Source: a virus. Taken from it: DNA of 64,000 nt. The stretch spans positions 1-64,000 of the IMG/VR virus record IMGVR_UViG_3300025327_000717; one strand, given 5' to 3'. Shown one piece after another: positions 45,938 to 55,060 of this stretch (positions are counted from its first letter, which is position 1; each line of letters begins with the position of its first letter). A program made the translations under genes and the position numbers. The notes beneath the pieces were generated by a model. It saw only the letters and a list, made by a program, of their open reading frames with translations. It ran no database searches and was not told the DNA's origin.

Positions 45938-45966
45938 GTGTCACCATCGTGTCACGATGGTATGAT
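45938..45966 (+). promoter_or_regulatory. promoter with palindromic operator
   Basis: ACCATCGTG-T-CACGATGGT (45943-45961) abutting TATGAT. Confidence 0.65.
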
Positions 45967-46079
45967 GGTGATGCTCGGGGACCGGGCTTCGACATCTGGG
46001 GAAGGTGTGGTTTGCTCCTGAACACGGTCCCTGAGCAACGTGCCATACAGGTGACACGGACGGAGCGCAGACTGGACGC

Positions 46080-46841
46080 ATGGCAGACCCACTGGTCCTC
46101 TCAGGTTCTTCCCTCAACACCTTTTTGAACTGTGGTCGCCAGTGGGAATATGCCTACGTACAGCGCATCAAGCGACCGCCCAGGCTGAAGATGGTCCTCG
46201 GCAGCGCTGCCCATCGGGCCGTCGAACTCGACCTCGTGAACAAGATGGAGACCGGTGAGGATCTTCCTCGGGCCCAGGTCCAAGAGACGTTCCGCGATGA
46301 GTTCGTCCGGGGAGCGAACGATACTGACGATGACACCGACGACGTCGGCAAACTGACCGACTCAGGTATCAGCACGGTGGGCGTCTGGCATGATGTCGTC
46401 GCCCCCAAGACTCACCCCAGACTCATCGAGCAGCACGTCCAGTACAAGCTGAACGGCACCGTCATCGATGGCACGATCGACATCGTCCACGAGGATGGCC
46501 GCATCGGGGACTGGAAGTTCACCGCCAAGACCCCCGACAAACGGGGCGGAACCTATCTCATCCCCATGGTCGGCTATGCCATCGGCTACCGGCGTATGAG
46601 TGGAGAGGTCGAATCGGGCGTCGTGCTCGACTTCATGGTCAGGCTCAAGCAGCCCAAGCATCATCCTGTGTCCAGCGGCCCCGTCCCCGACGAGTCCATC
46701 GTGGCCTATGCCGGCATCGTGGATGACGTGGTCCGCTCCATCGATGCAGGGCTGTTCCCGCCGACTGGATTGAAGTCGGGTGCCTGCTCTTGGTGCGGGT
46801 ATAAATCGATTTGTCCAGCCTTCCGTGCTGCTAGCATCTAG
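46080..46841 (+). CDS. RecB/Cas4-like PD-(D/E)xK exonuclease
   Basis: SGSSL...C, GSAAH, E, GTIDI...DWK, CSWCGYKSICP. Confidence 0.92.
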   Translation: MADPLVLSGSSLNTFLNCGRQWEYAYVQRIKRPPRLKMVLGSAAHRAVELDLVNKMETGEDLPRAQVQETFRDEFVRGANDTDDDTDDVGKLTDSGISTVGVWHDVVAPKTHPRLIEQHVQYKLNGTVIDGTIDIVHEDGRIGDWKFTAKTPDKRGGTYLIPMVGYAIGYRRMSGEVESGVVLDFMVRLKQPKHHPVSSGPVPDESIVAYAGIVDDVVRSIDAGLFPPTGLKSGACSWCGYKSICPAFRAASI

Positions 46842-47342
46842 ATGATATATGCTATTGGCATGGACAGGTTCAAAAGGACAGAAGACCCCGCCACCTTCTT
46901 TTCACTCATAAGCCCTGACGGGTGCTGGGAGTGGTCGGGGGCCAGGGACAAAAACGGCTATGGACAGACCAAGATTGGGATGCGTTCTGTGAAGGCTCAT
47001 CGCAAAATCTGGGCCATGCTCTATGGGGGTATCCCCGAAGGTCTTATGATCCTCCATCACTGTGACAACCCGCCATGCGTCAGGCCTAACCACCTGTTCT
47101 TGGGGACTGCGAAGACCAATCGGCAGGACGCAGCATCCAAAGGACACATCCCACCCCCTATACATCTCCGTCAAGTCGGCGAGAACAACCCAAGCGCCAA
47201 ACTAACGGCTGATGATGTCAGGGACATCAGGGCACGCTATGCGACGGGGACCATCAGTCAAAAAACACTTGGTGAAGAGTTCGGTCTAGAACAAGCCTCT
47301 GTCTCACACATCATCCATCGCAAGTCATGGAAGCATATCTAG
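46842..47342 (+). CDS. HNH homing endonuclease with C-terminal HTH
   Basis: CWEW...GYG...AHR...HHCDNPPCVRPNHL...GE.N..AKLT; lower GC than neighbours. Confidence 0.92.
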   Translation: MIYAIGMDRFKRTEDPATFFSLISPDGCWEWSGARDKNGYGQTKIGMRSVKAHRKIWAMLYGGIPEGLMILHHCDNPPCVRPNHLFLGTAKTNRQDAASKGHIPPPIHLRQVGENNPSAKLTADDVRDIRARYATGTISQKTLGEEFGLEQASVSHIIHRKSWKHI

Positions 47343-47350
47343 GAGGACAG

Positions 47351-48142
47351 ATGAGTCCAGCGAAAGAAGTCATCACGGATGCTCGGTCGCTCGTCTCCAA
47401 GCTCGCTAGGATCGCGAACGCTATCGGTGACAAGGAGCCCATCAGGCACAGCCGAGACATCAAGTTCCCGTATCACGCCGCGCGTGACGTCTACGGCTGG
47501 TGGAGACCGCTCTTGCAGGATGAGGGCATCATCTTGATACCCGATGTGACGAGATGTGATGTGATGCAAGCCACGCTGCCACGCTCCGGTGGGGGGACCC
47601 GCGTCACCTTCCTCACCACCATCCAGGCCTCGTTCACCATCATCGATGGAGCGACGGGAGAGAAGGTCGAGGGGTCTGCTGTCGGTCAGGGCGAGGATCC
47701 TAGCGACAAAGGTGCCGGAAAGGCCATGACCTACGCCGAGAAGGCGTTCTTGCTCGGGATGGGCATGAACGGCTCCGAAAGCGACGTGGAGGCCTACGCC
47801 GACTACGAAGACATCCGCACCTCACGTGAAACACGCGACGTCGTCGTCGAAGACTCCAACATCGAGGGCATCGCCCGGGGTGGGCGCTCTACGAACGCCA
47901 CAGACGTCCAAGTGAAGAGGGTCCGCAATCTTGCAGGCGAACTCGGGTATGGCGTCAACAAGAGTGTGGGGCTCGTGAAGGACGTCCTCGACCTCTCGCC
48001 TCGCCTTCCTGAAGAGCCTGATGATCAGGGTCCCGCGTTCGTCCGCTTCCTCGAGGGCCTGAGCGCAGACGAGATCGGCCGACTCATCCAGTACATGGAG
48101 AAGATGCTGGAGCCCACGCCACGTGACGACAGCGGCTACTAG
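47351..48142 (+). CDS. ERF-family ssDNA annealing protein
   Basis: GQGEDPSDKGAGKAMTYAEK; near exonuclease. Confidence 0.85.
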   Translation: MSPAKEVITDARSLVSKLARIANAIGDKEPIRHSRDIKFPYHAARDVYGWWRPLLQDEGIILIPDVTRCDVMQATLPRSGGGTRVTFLTTIQASFTIIDGATGEKVEGSAVGQGEDPSDKGAGKAMTYAEKAFLLGMGMNGSESDVEAYADYEDIRTSRETRDVVVEDSNIEGIARGGRSTNATDVQVKRVRNLAGELGYGVNKSVGLVKDVLDLSPRLPEEPDDQGPAFVRFLEGLSADEIGRLIQYMEKMLEPTPRDDSGY

Positions 48143-48404
48143 GCATGAGCATGCTTGGGACCGTGTAGACAGCGACACCCTCGAGTGCCTCTGTGGGTTC
48201 CGACGCAAGCCTCGTCTTTTCATCATCGAAGAAGCAGCGCCAGTCCTGCATGATGCCATCTCGAACCACATCCGTTTCCTCTGGGAGGAGCGCGATATGG
48301 TCATCGAGCGCGGTGAGAGCACTCATGAAGCCAACCGTCAGATCAAGATGGCCAGGGCGATGTTGCATCAACTCATCGAGATAGAGGAGGAGTTCGCGTG
48401 GTGA
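48123..48404 (+). CDS. hypothetical protein
   Basis: coupled. Confidence 0.6.
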   Translation: MTTAATRHEHAWDRVDSDTLECLCGFRRKPRLFIIEEAAPVLHDAISNHIRFLWEERDMVIERGESTHEANRQIKMARAMLHQLIEIEEEFAW

Positions 48405-48568
48405 TCACACAGCCGGTCTTCGGTGAGATCGTCTGGTGCCCACGCTGCAAGGGCAAGGGCACCATCCCCAACATCCATCCCGACAAGCCGCGCGTCCCTT
48501 GTGGACGATGCAAGGGCACGGGCACCGTGAAGAACGAGGGGCCCATCGCCCCCATCAAGAAGCCATGA
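48401..48568 (+). CDS. DnaJ-type zinc-finger mini-protein
   Basis: CPRCKGKG...CGRCKGTG. Confidence 0.7.
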   Translation: MITQPVFGEIVWCPRCKGKGTIPNIHPDKPRVPCGRCKGTGTVKNEGPIAPIKKP

Positions 48569-48768
48569 CGACACAGGAGACCCTGGTCGAGGCTTTCATC
48601 GAGGCGCTTCTTGAAGAAGGCTATATCGACGTCAGTTCAGGTTCGTTCTGGGAGCGCGATGAAAAGACGGAAGAGTATGTCCGTCGCACGGATGAAGACG
48701 ACTACTTCACAGAAGACGTCGAGAGGTTCTGTGCGGCCATGGCGAAGCACTTGCCAGATCGACCATGA
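48565..48768 (+). CDS. acidic hypothetical protein
   Basis: coupled. Confidence 0.6.
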   Translation: MTTQETLVEAFIEALLEEGYIDVSSGSFWERDEKTEEYVRRTDEDDYFTEDVERFCAAMAKHLPDRP

Positions 48769-48891
48769 GCGTCTTCGATGGGTACGGTCCCACGTTTTCC
48801 CAGGTCGAGTACACGGCGGAACGGGTCATGAGTAGGCGAGTCCTCGAACCGATTTTCGAGGAAGTGGTACGAGGAAAGCGAGGAGCAGGCC

Positions 48892-49191
48892 ATGAAGGAG
48901 GGCTGCTTCAGGTTCGCCATGAAGTCCGATGGTGTCATCGTTCCTGACACTTGGGAGACACGGGTCGACAGTGACATCGACATGTGTCCCTATCCGGTCG
49001 TCTTGGGCCCGGTCGTGGCATGGCAGTGGGAGCCTCGCCGTACGGATGTCATGGTCGTCACCGCATGGGTATGGCCGAACGTCCGTCAAGAGCACCGCAG
49101 CCAGCTTCTAGGTTGGCGCCATCCACACTTCATGCATGTCCGCATGTTGGTAGCAGAGCACTTCGACCTCTCGAAGATGGCTTATGAGTGA
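48892..49191 (+). CDS. hypothetical protein
   Basis: SD AGGAG. Confidence 0.6.
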   Translation: MKEGCFRFAMKSDGVIVPDTWETRVDSDIDMCPYPVVLGPVVAWQWEPRRTDVMVVTAWVWPNVRQEHRSQLLGWRHPHFMHVRMLVAEHFDLSKMAYE

Positions 49192-49396
49192 ACGGCTCAC
49201 CTGCATGCTTTGCGGGAAGACCGGCTACGACAAGGACGTGGCCAACGCGATGGCTGTGTGGAAGACAGGGGAGTTCGGCTGGGGACCACGTTGCCGTGAC
49301 GTCTGGGATTGCTATAAGACCGTGATCGTGATCGATGAGGAGTGGCAGCTCAAGAGTGTCCCCCGGCGACCAGAGGGAGAGGATCTGCCATGGTGA
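49184..49396 (+). CDS. small zinc-binding protein
   Basis: CMLCG...RCRD..DC. Confidence 0.6.
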   Translation: MSERLTCMLCGKTGYDKDVANAMAVWKTGEFGWGPRCRDVWDCYKTVIVIDEEWQLKSVPRRPEGEDLPW

Positions 49397-49920
49397 AGAG
49401 AGAACAGGTCCCCTGCGTGTTCAGGACCTCGTTCGTTCGTGAGGAGATCGACCCGCGCATCAAAGCGGCATGGCCAGGACGAGCGCCATGGGGCGACCTT
49501 CGGAAGACGTGGAAGACGGAGTACTGCCTGCGCGTGAACCCGACGGGCTATCCTGAGGATTGTCCGTTCAGCGAGGAGGACTGTGCTCTGACGTTCTTGC
49601 AGGCAGTCCTCATCGTGACCGAGGCAGAGAGGCCTGGGGCCCTGTTCAGACGAGTCGCAGCGACCAGAGGTATGGAACGTGCCGATCAGCGCCCACTTGC
49701 GAGAGACCGTGTTCCTCAGAGACGCCAGAGCGATCTGGCGAGCCAGCGAGGAGCATATTCATCATCATCTGTCGTTCAAGCGCTTCATGGCCCAGAAACG
49801 GTCACGCCCACTATGTCTCGTCGAGGTGCTCGACCCATCAGCATCGGTGAAGTGCTCGGGGCGCTGGACTTTGGAGCACGTCAAGGATCAGCTCAGGATG
49901 GGGAAGAGGGCCCCGGATGA
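49390..49920 (+). CDS. hypothetical protein
   Basis: SD GGAGAGG; C-terminus overlaps next gene. Confidence 0.55.
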   Translation: MVKREQVPCVFRTSFVREEIDPRIKAAWPGRAPWGDLRKTWKTEYCLRVNPTGYPEDCPFSEEDCALTFLQAVLIVTEAERPGALFRRVAATRGMERADQRPLARDRVPQRRQSDLASQRGAYSSSSVVQALHGPETVTPTMSRRGARPISIGEVLGALDFGARQGSAQDGEEGPG

Positions 49921-50098
49921 TGAGTGGCATCTGGTAGTGCTCTGTGAGTTTCACAACGTCTGGTCGCCCCCGAGCAAGCGGCTTCGCGAGAGCATCAGAG
50001 CGTACCTCGCAGACGCCTACCCAGAGGCGCCTCTCGAAGGTGGCAGCAGCCCTGAACCAGGCATGGCGCTGGACGGCGACCAAGAAGCCGGGACGTAA
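49679..50098 (+). CDS. divergent HNH-like protein
   Basis: LRETVFLRD...C...CSG...LEHV...HLVVLCEFHN. Confidence 0.65.
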   Translation: MPISAHLRETVFLRDARAIWRASEEHIHHHLSFKRFMAQKRSRPLCLVEVLDPSASVKCSGRWTLEHVKDQLRMGKRAPDDEWHLVVLCEFHNVWSPPSKRLRESIRAYLADAYPEAPLEGGSSPEPGMALDGDQEAGT

Positions 50099-50447
50099 CG
50101 AGGGTAGAAGGCTCACAGCCGAGGACCTCGCCAAGGTTTGGCTAGATGACGCCGGACGATGCCGCTACTGCGATATCGATATCCCGCTGATGACCGCTTC
50201 GTTCGATCACGTCGTCCCCCTCTCGAAGCAGGGCCCCCATCTGCCACAAAACCTCGCGGCATGTTGTATCACCTGTCAGCGTTCTAAGTACACCAAGACA
50301 TCCGATGCTTATCAAGAGTTCATGAGACTTCAGGTAGTATGCCCTTGTGGGACCGTCTTCCGACCACGATGGGCTGATTGGGTCAGGGGGTACGGCCACT
50401 ATTGCTCTCGCTCGTGCTCGGGCAGGGCGGGCGGGGGGCTCTCTTGA
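49944..50447 (+). CDS. HNH endonuclease with C-terminal zinc finger
   Basis: CRYC...DHVVPLSKQG...NL..CC.TC; CPCG...YCSRSC. Confidence 0.8.
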   Translation: MSFTTSGRPRASGFARASERTSQTPTQRRLSKVAAALNQAWRWTATKKPGRNEGRRLTAEDLAKVWLDDAGRCRYCDIDIPLMTASFDHVVPLSKQGPHLPQNLAACCITCQRSKYTKTSDAYQEFMRLQVVCPCGTVFRPRWADWVRGYGHYCSRSCSGRAGGGLS

Positions 50448-50884
50448 ACCACGCTTCTGGTCCAAGGTCGTCTGTGACGTCAGGACGAGGTGCTGGAACT
50501 GGACAGGGACTCGGGACCCCAGCGGGTACGGCATCGTCACGATGTACTACCGGAACGTGTGAGCGCATCGAGTCAGCGGACCGCCTAGATGAGAAGCTCC
50601 TCGTCTGCCATCACTGTGATAACCCATCGTGCGTCTCGCCGGACCATCTCTTTCAAGGGACAGATGGAGACAACATGGCCGACCGTGACGTCAAGGGTCG
50701 CGTCGCGCACGGAGAGACACACTACGCAGCCAAGCTCACGAACTCACAGGTCGCCGAGATACGGGGACGCTTCAGGTTTCGCGACCAGGGCCCCGATAGT
50801 GGAGTTGCCCTTGCTCGGGAGTTCAAGGTGACGAAGGCTGCCATATCGAACATCATCCGGGACCGTAGGCGTCTTCATGGCTGA
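50442..50884 (+). pseudogene. frameshifted, internally deleted HNH homing endonuclease
   Basis: RFWSKV...CWNWTG...GYG stops at 50562; VCHHCDNPSCVSPDHL...AKLT continues in another frame; AHR segment missing. Confidence 0.75.
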
Positions 50885-51296
50885 TCGACGGACGAAACGC
50901 CAGAAACTTGAGGCCATGGCGCAACAGCACGTCTCGCCCAACGAGGCCCGCATCGCCCAGCGTCTTCTCACCGAGCAGGACAGCGGACCCATCCCTGATA
51001 ACCCCCATGGTGGGGTCCACTTCACGAAGTGGCGTGGCAGGTGGATACCCTTGTTCACGAGCAACCACTTCGCTGACGATGACGTTCCGCAGGAGCGCAC
51101 AGTCGATGCACGGTCATCGCCCGATACCGTCGTCATCAAGCTCGATGGCGTCGACATCACCTCGGATGTGGTCTTTGCCCAACCCAGATCGCTAGGCCGC
51201 AAGACGAGTCCGAAGAAGGCTTACGACCAGATGACGTTCGAGGAGTTCTGGTATCAGGAGACCGGACACTACCCAGAGTGGAAGATAGACGAGTGA
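50877..51296 (+). CDS. hypothetical protein carrying a 20-aa copy of the tail-protein N-terminus
   Basis: KLEAMAQQHVSPNEARIA; TVVIKLDGVDITSDVVFAQP. Confidence 0.7.
   Translation: MADRRTKRQKLEAMAQQHVSPNEARIAQRLLTEQDSGPIPDNPHGGVHFTKWRGRWIPLFTSNHFADDDVPQERTVDARSSPDTVVIKLDGVDITSDVVFAQPRSLGRKTSPKKAYDQMTFEEFWYQETGHYPEWKIDE
51125..51186 (+). repeat. perfect 62-bp inverted repeat, arm 1
   Basis: Exact reverse complement of 62072-62133. Confidence 0.97.
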
Positions 51297-51802
51297 AGTG
51301 GGGTTTCACGCTCCCTGGACAACCGCCAAGCTGGAACACGGCCTATCGCATCATCACGATGCATGGTCGGCGCGGTGGCTATCAGGCACTCGGCAAGACG
51401 CCAGATGCGAAGCGTTACCAGATCGGCGCCGCCAACATCATCCGTAGCGCCAAGCCATCACGTTGGAAGCCGATCGGGCAACTGCGTATCCACTACTGGC
51501 TCTATCTGGCCCGCGATATGGACTGCGACAACGTCCTGAAGCTCATCAACGATGTCATCCAGACGGCCACAGGAGTCGACGACAAGTGGTTCCTACCGAC
51601 AGTCGAGGAGAAGACGACAGGATGGGGCAAGAAGGCGCGAGTGGAGGTCGTCATCGAGGACCACGAATCGCCCTATGCGGGTCGACCGGCCTCGAGCACT
51701 ACCCCGACTCCCTCCTCGAGTTCATCGGCAGTCTCCCCGCCAACACCGTCCTCTGTCTCAGGGCTCCCGAGAAGCGAGATCCAGGCCTCTTCGAACAGGT
51801 GA
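51293..51802 (+). CDS. rusA: RusA-like Holliday junction resolvase
   Basis: PPSWN, DCDNVLKLINDV, DDKW, RVEV. Confidence 0.85.
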   Translation: MKWGFTLPGQPPSWNTAYRIITMHGRRGGYQALGKTPDAKRYQIGAANIIRSAKPSRWKPIGQLRIHYWLYLARDMDCDNVLKLINDVIQTATGVDDKWFLPTVEEKTTGWGKKARVEVVIEDHESPYAGRPASSTTPTPSSSSSAVSPPTPSSVSGLPRSEIQASSNR

Positions 51803-52089
51803 TGGCCAAGCTGGCCATCAGTCTGTGGCTTGACGTGGAGTGGTTTCGTCCTGACCCGATAGGGGGGAAGGGGGCGACGTTCCTTCGAGATATCGAGTTG
51901 GTGCGCTCGGTCGATCTGGTGTTGGCATACTTCTCCACCACCACGCTGATCGGCGGGACAGCACACGTCGTCGAGAAGGCGATGGACTTGGAGACACCGG
52001 TCTATGCATATGGCTTCACCGGAGATGGCTTTATGCGTGTCGGTGAGCATGATTCGCATGACGCATGGGGTCGATCAGTCCCAGGATAG
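51622..52089 (+). CDS. second SLOG-like protein
   Basis: RIALCGS...RD.ELV...DLVLAYF...GGT.H...A; start uncertain. Confidence 0.7.
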   Translation: MGQEGASGGRHRGPRIALCGSTGLEHYPDSLLEFIGSLPANTVLCLRAPEKRDPGLFEQVMAKLAISLWLDVEWFRPDPIGGKGATFLRDIELVRSVDLVLAYFSTTTLIGGTAHVVEKAMDLETPVYAYGFTGDGFMRVGEHDSHDAWGRSVPG

Positions 52090-52091
52090 AG

Positions 52092-52139
52092 CGCCGGGGG
52101 GCTGACCCGACAAAGGCACTGCTCTATCGCCCCCCGGCG
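52092..52139. terminator. hairpin between convergent transcription units
   Basis: cgccggggggc...gccccccggcg. Confidence 0.5.
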
Positions 52140-52498
52140 GACTTGGTCCTACCATCCGGCCCCCCTGTGTCGAGGGTCGAAATAGACCGCTGTGATTGTC
52201 GCGCATCTGAGAGCATGTTGGCTAGTCGCACCATCTGCTTTGATCGCCAGCCACGTGGATACTTCAGGAAGGCTCGTTTGACCGCTCCATCACGCAGGCG
52301 TCGTACCGGAGCGGTCCATGATGGATCGGAGCGACGGAGCTCATAGCGCCTCTGGCGATCACGTTGGCAGGCTCGACAGACCGGCCACTGCTGACCTGCC
52401 ACATAAAGACCGACGATCTCTGTGGGATGACCCTTTGGGCAAAGGTCCTCATGGACGCTGACGTCATGGGGTGTCCAGTTGCAATACTGGCACCGCAT
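52124..52498 (-). CDS. zinc-finger protein with HNH-associated CxxGH...CRxC module
   Basis: CPKGH...VCRACQRDRQRRY. Confidence 0.6.
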   Translation of the reverse strand: MRCQYCNWTPHDVSVHEDLCPKGHPTEIVGLYVAGQQWPVCRACQRDRQRRYELRRSDPSWTAPVRRLRDGAVKRAFLKYPRGWRSKQMVRLANMLSDARQSQRSISTLDTGGPDGRTKSAGGR

Positions 52499-52501
52499 CT
52501 A

Positions 52502-52891
52502 TCAATACCAAGCGAGCAACTTATCTACGGCCGACACGATGATCGTTCTGGTGTCGGTGACCGAATAACGTTCTGGCTTGGCGTTACGGATGGCTCGGTC
52601 GTTGAGCCATGCCGTCGTATGATCTATCGGCTCAGACAGGATGATCATCCTGTAGGCGACCTCGAACTCCCTCACCGACACTCGGCGTAAACGCCGCATG
52701 GCTTTGGTCATCCGATAGCGCGGCCCGTCTTTATCAGCAAGCCATGACTTGAGCTCCGGACTCCACTGAGGTGCCCCACCAGCATCGAGTGCGACCGAGT
52801 GCATCCGGATCGGGATGTCCTTCGTCCAGTCATCACGAAGGATGACCATCCACTTGGCGGTGTGTTCGACGACATCTGGAGTGATCGGCAT
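52502..52891 (-). CDS. possible transcription regulator (sigma region 4 or antiterminator-like)
   Basis: Helical C-terminus KAMRRL...EFEVAYR...SAVDKL; weak. Confidence 0.4.
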   Translation of the reverse strand: MPITPDVVEHTAKWMVILRDDWTKDIPIRMHSVALDAGGAPQWSPELKSWLADKDGPRYRMTKAMRRLRRVSVREFEVAYRMIILSEPIDHTTAWLNDRAIRNAKPERYSVTDTRTIIVSAVDKLLAWY

Positions 52892-52903
52892 CGATACACG
52901 GTA

Positions 52904-53092
52904 TCAAGTCTGCGGACCATGGTGGCTCTTCTCCTCCCATGCCGCTCGCCGTATAGGATCGGTCGGCACGAGGAGCGCACCACAATCAGGACACTTGGGA
53001 ACCTTGATGCGGGGTGTCTTGAGAGCCCGATGAGCCGTCTCTCGTGGACATCGAGGACAGATGAGGGGGATCCCATATCCCCCGACGGTCAT
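52904..53092 (-). CDS. zinc-ribbon protein
   Basis: CPRC...CPDCG. Confidence 0.6.
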   Translation of the reverse strand: MTVGGYGIPLICPRCPRETAHRALKTPRIKVPKCPDCGALLVPTDPIRRAAWEEKSHHGPQT

Positions 53093-53128
53093 GGCCCCCC
53101 GTTATGGCCGTCCCAGTCCTCCATGCTC

Positions 53129-53512
53129 TTAGCCCTCCGGGACAGGTTGCTGTGGATCTCGCGTCAGAAGCCGCGGGCCACTCTGGGGCCCCCACGATCT
53201 AAGTATCGAGCCTGCGGTCTCGACCACGTAGAGGCCTGCCGCTGCGACACCGATCGAGAGCAGGGCTGGCACGTTGGCGACTGGGATGACGATATTGTCA
53301 GCGAAGTAGCCCGCGAAGAGCAACAGCCAGATGGGGATGACGCGACCCATGATGTGGGTGCGCAAGAAGGCGGCTACGACGTCGAGTTCGAGGGTCTGAT
53401 CGCGGATAGCTGCCGCGACTCCTAGGGCGAAGTCCAAGAGTGGAAGGACGATGACCCAGATAGCCAGTTGCCCCGCTTCTGAGTCGAAGAACGCCTTGAT
53501 GGCTTCCGGCAT
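53129..53512 (-). CDS. holin-like membrane protein
   Basis: About 3 TM segments, LDFALGVAAA; follows lysin. Confidence 0.75.
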   Translation of the reverse strand: MPEAIKAFFDSEAGQLAIWVIVLPLLDFALGVAAAIRDQTLELDVVAAFLRTHIMGRVIPIWLLLFAGYFADNIVIPVANVPALLSIGVAAAGLYVVETAGSILRSWGPQSGPRLLTRDPQQPVPEG

Positions 53513-53524
53513 GACGATATCTCC

Positions 53525-54280
53525 CTATGTACGGCGCACGACGCTCGAGTGGACATATCCCACTTGGCTAGCTGAAGGGACCCAGACACGGAACCATGTC
53601 TTGTTCCCTCCGATGGCCTCGCCTTGTTCGGTGCCACCAGATGTGAGTCGTTGGCGCCCTGCGATCGTGGCGATGACGAACGCCGTGCGGTCAGGATGGA
53701 GTCGTACGTTGGCCTTGATCCTGGCCTCCACCCTCTGGACGCGCATGACCACGGCATAGATGCCACCTGAGAACTGACTCGCGAAGCGCTCGACATACTG
53801 TTCGGCTTCATGGATCGGCCAAGTGATCCAACCTTTGGGGATACCAGGACGTCTGCCATCGTTGAGTGGGTCGCCGACGCGCACTTTGTCCGGCTGGACA
53901 GCCTGATACATGACGCTGTGCAGCCCCTTGAAGTCCTTGTCGCCCTTGAGGTTCTGTGGCAGTGAGTCGTAATCACCGCTCACGACCGCGAAGCGTCCTG
54001 CCTTCAGCATCGAGAGCAGTGCGGGCCAGTGGAGGGCATCGGTGAAGTCGAAGGATTCGACGGGGACACCCAGTCTCTCCATGGCGTTGGTGATGCCGCT
54101 GATCGTCAGCCCACCCTCCATGTCGCCTGTGAGTCGACGGAAGTGCTCTGGGGTGGGGTCCTTCAGGCCTAGCGTGGCCTGGTCGGTAAGCATGGCTCCC
54201 GAAGCGGCACCGCAGTTGGTGGACTGCAGCGGACTGCCAGTGAGTTGCTTCTCGAAGTGCGGCAAGTAAAAACGCATCAC
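53525..54280 (-). CDS. endolysin: C39-like cysteine peptidase plus SH3-like domain
   Basis: Q...NCGAAS (Cys), GLHSV (His), VGDP (Asp); ANVR...WFRV...GYVHSS. Confidence 0.8.
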   Translation of the reverse strand: MMRFYLPHFEKQLTGSPLQSTNCGAASGAMLTDQATLGLKDPTPEHFRRLTGDMEGGLTISGITNAMERLGVPVESFDFTDALHWPALLSMLKAGRFAVVSGDYDSLPQNLKGDKDFKGLHSVMYQAVQPDKVRVGDPLNDGRRPGIPKGWITWPIHEAEQYVERFASQFSGGIYAVVMRVQRVEARIKANVRLHPDRTAFVIATIAGRQRLTSGGTEQGEAIGGNKTWFRVWVPSASQVGYVHSSVVRRT

Positions 54281-54286
54281 ATCCTC

Positions 54287-54415
54287 CTAGCCCATCGGGC
54301 CCGCTGGCCAGCGCCACACCGTGGCGTTCCCGGCAAGCACGGGCGCCACCGCCAGCGCGCCGACGAAGGCCAAGAGGGTGCCGGCGACGCGCGGACCACC
54401 ATAGAATCTCGTCAC
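54287..54415 (-). CDS. small membrane peptide (42 aa)
   Basis: GTGA-coupled; hydrophobic. Confidence 0.45.
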   Translation of the reverse strand: MTRFYGGPRVAGTLLAFVGALAVAPVLAGNATVWRWPAGPMG

Positions 54416-54723
54416 GCTGTCCTCCGTAGCGTCAACTCATCCCACGCCCATGCCGTCACGATGATCGCTGACGCCACCCTCAGGGAGAGGGACACGAACG
54501 ACACCATCACCTCTATGACCGCACCATCCAACGTGAGGAGATGTCGAGCGAAAAGCGTCCAGAGGCCGAGGATCGCGAACATGACCAAAGCCATCTTGGC
54601 TGCGAGTATGTTCGACCGTCCATCCCAGAATCTGACCACCAAGATGACCATCAAGATGATGTGGATGGCGACGAGGATGTTGAGAGACATCAACCCATCG
54701 TTGATCGTGATCAGGTCATCCAT
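54412..54723 (-). CDS. membrane protein
   Basis: About 3 TM segments. Confidence 0.7.
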   Translation of the reverse strand: MDDLITINDGLMSLNILVAIHIILMVILVVRFWDGRSNILAAKMALVMFAILGLWTLFARHLLTLDGAVIEVMVSFVSLSLRVASAIIVTAWAWDELTLRRTA

Positions 54724-54955
54724 CTTTCAGTCTCGCGACCCCGGCTAGCGTGAGAGCGGATGTCGTCAGTGTGGCCAGGAGTGCCACCAAAGTCCCTTCG
54801 CTCAGAGCATAGTCCTTCTGGATGAGCGGAAGCAACACGACCGCGACGATGACGAAGACCATGGTCCCGACGATGACGGCGACCGAGACAGCCCTGATCT
54901 TGGCGAGTAGGCGCTGTTCCTCTGGCGTCGGCTTCGACATGCGTGCTCCGTTCAT
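54716..54955 (-). CDS. membrane protein
   Basis: 2 TM segments. Confidence 0.65.
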   Translation of the reverse strand: MNGARMSKPTPEEQRLLAKIRAVSVAVIVGTMVFVIVAVVLLPLIQKDYALSEGTLVALLATLTTSALTLAGVARLKDG

Positions 54956-55060
54956 GGTCTTGTCTGCGAGCGGCGCACTGCACCTCACCCATATCGATGA
55001 CAACCCCCGGTCTTGGTGGCCGACCTCCTGCTTTCTATCTATACCAGCCATCCAGCCGAT

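Noticed and set aside
46080-46841. Cas4 as part of a CRISPR system
   Set aside because: Context with ERF fits a recombination exonuclease; no array or cas1/cas2
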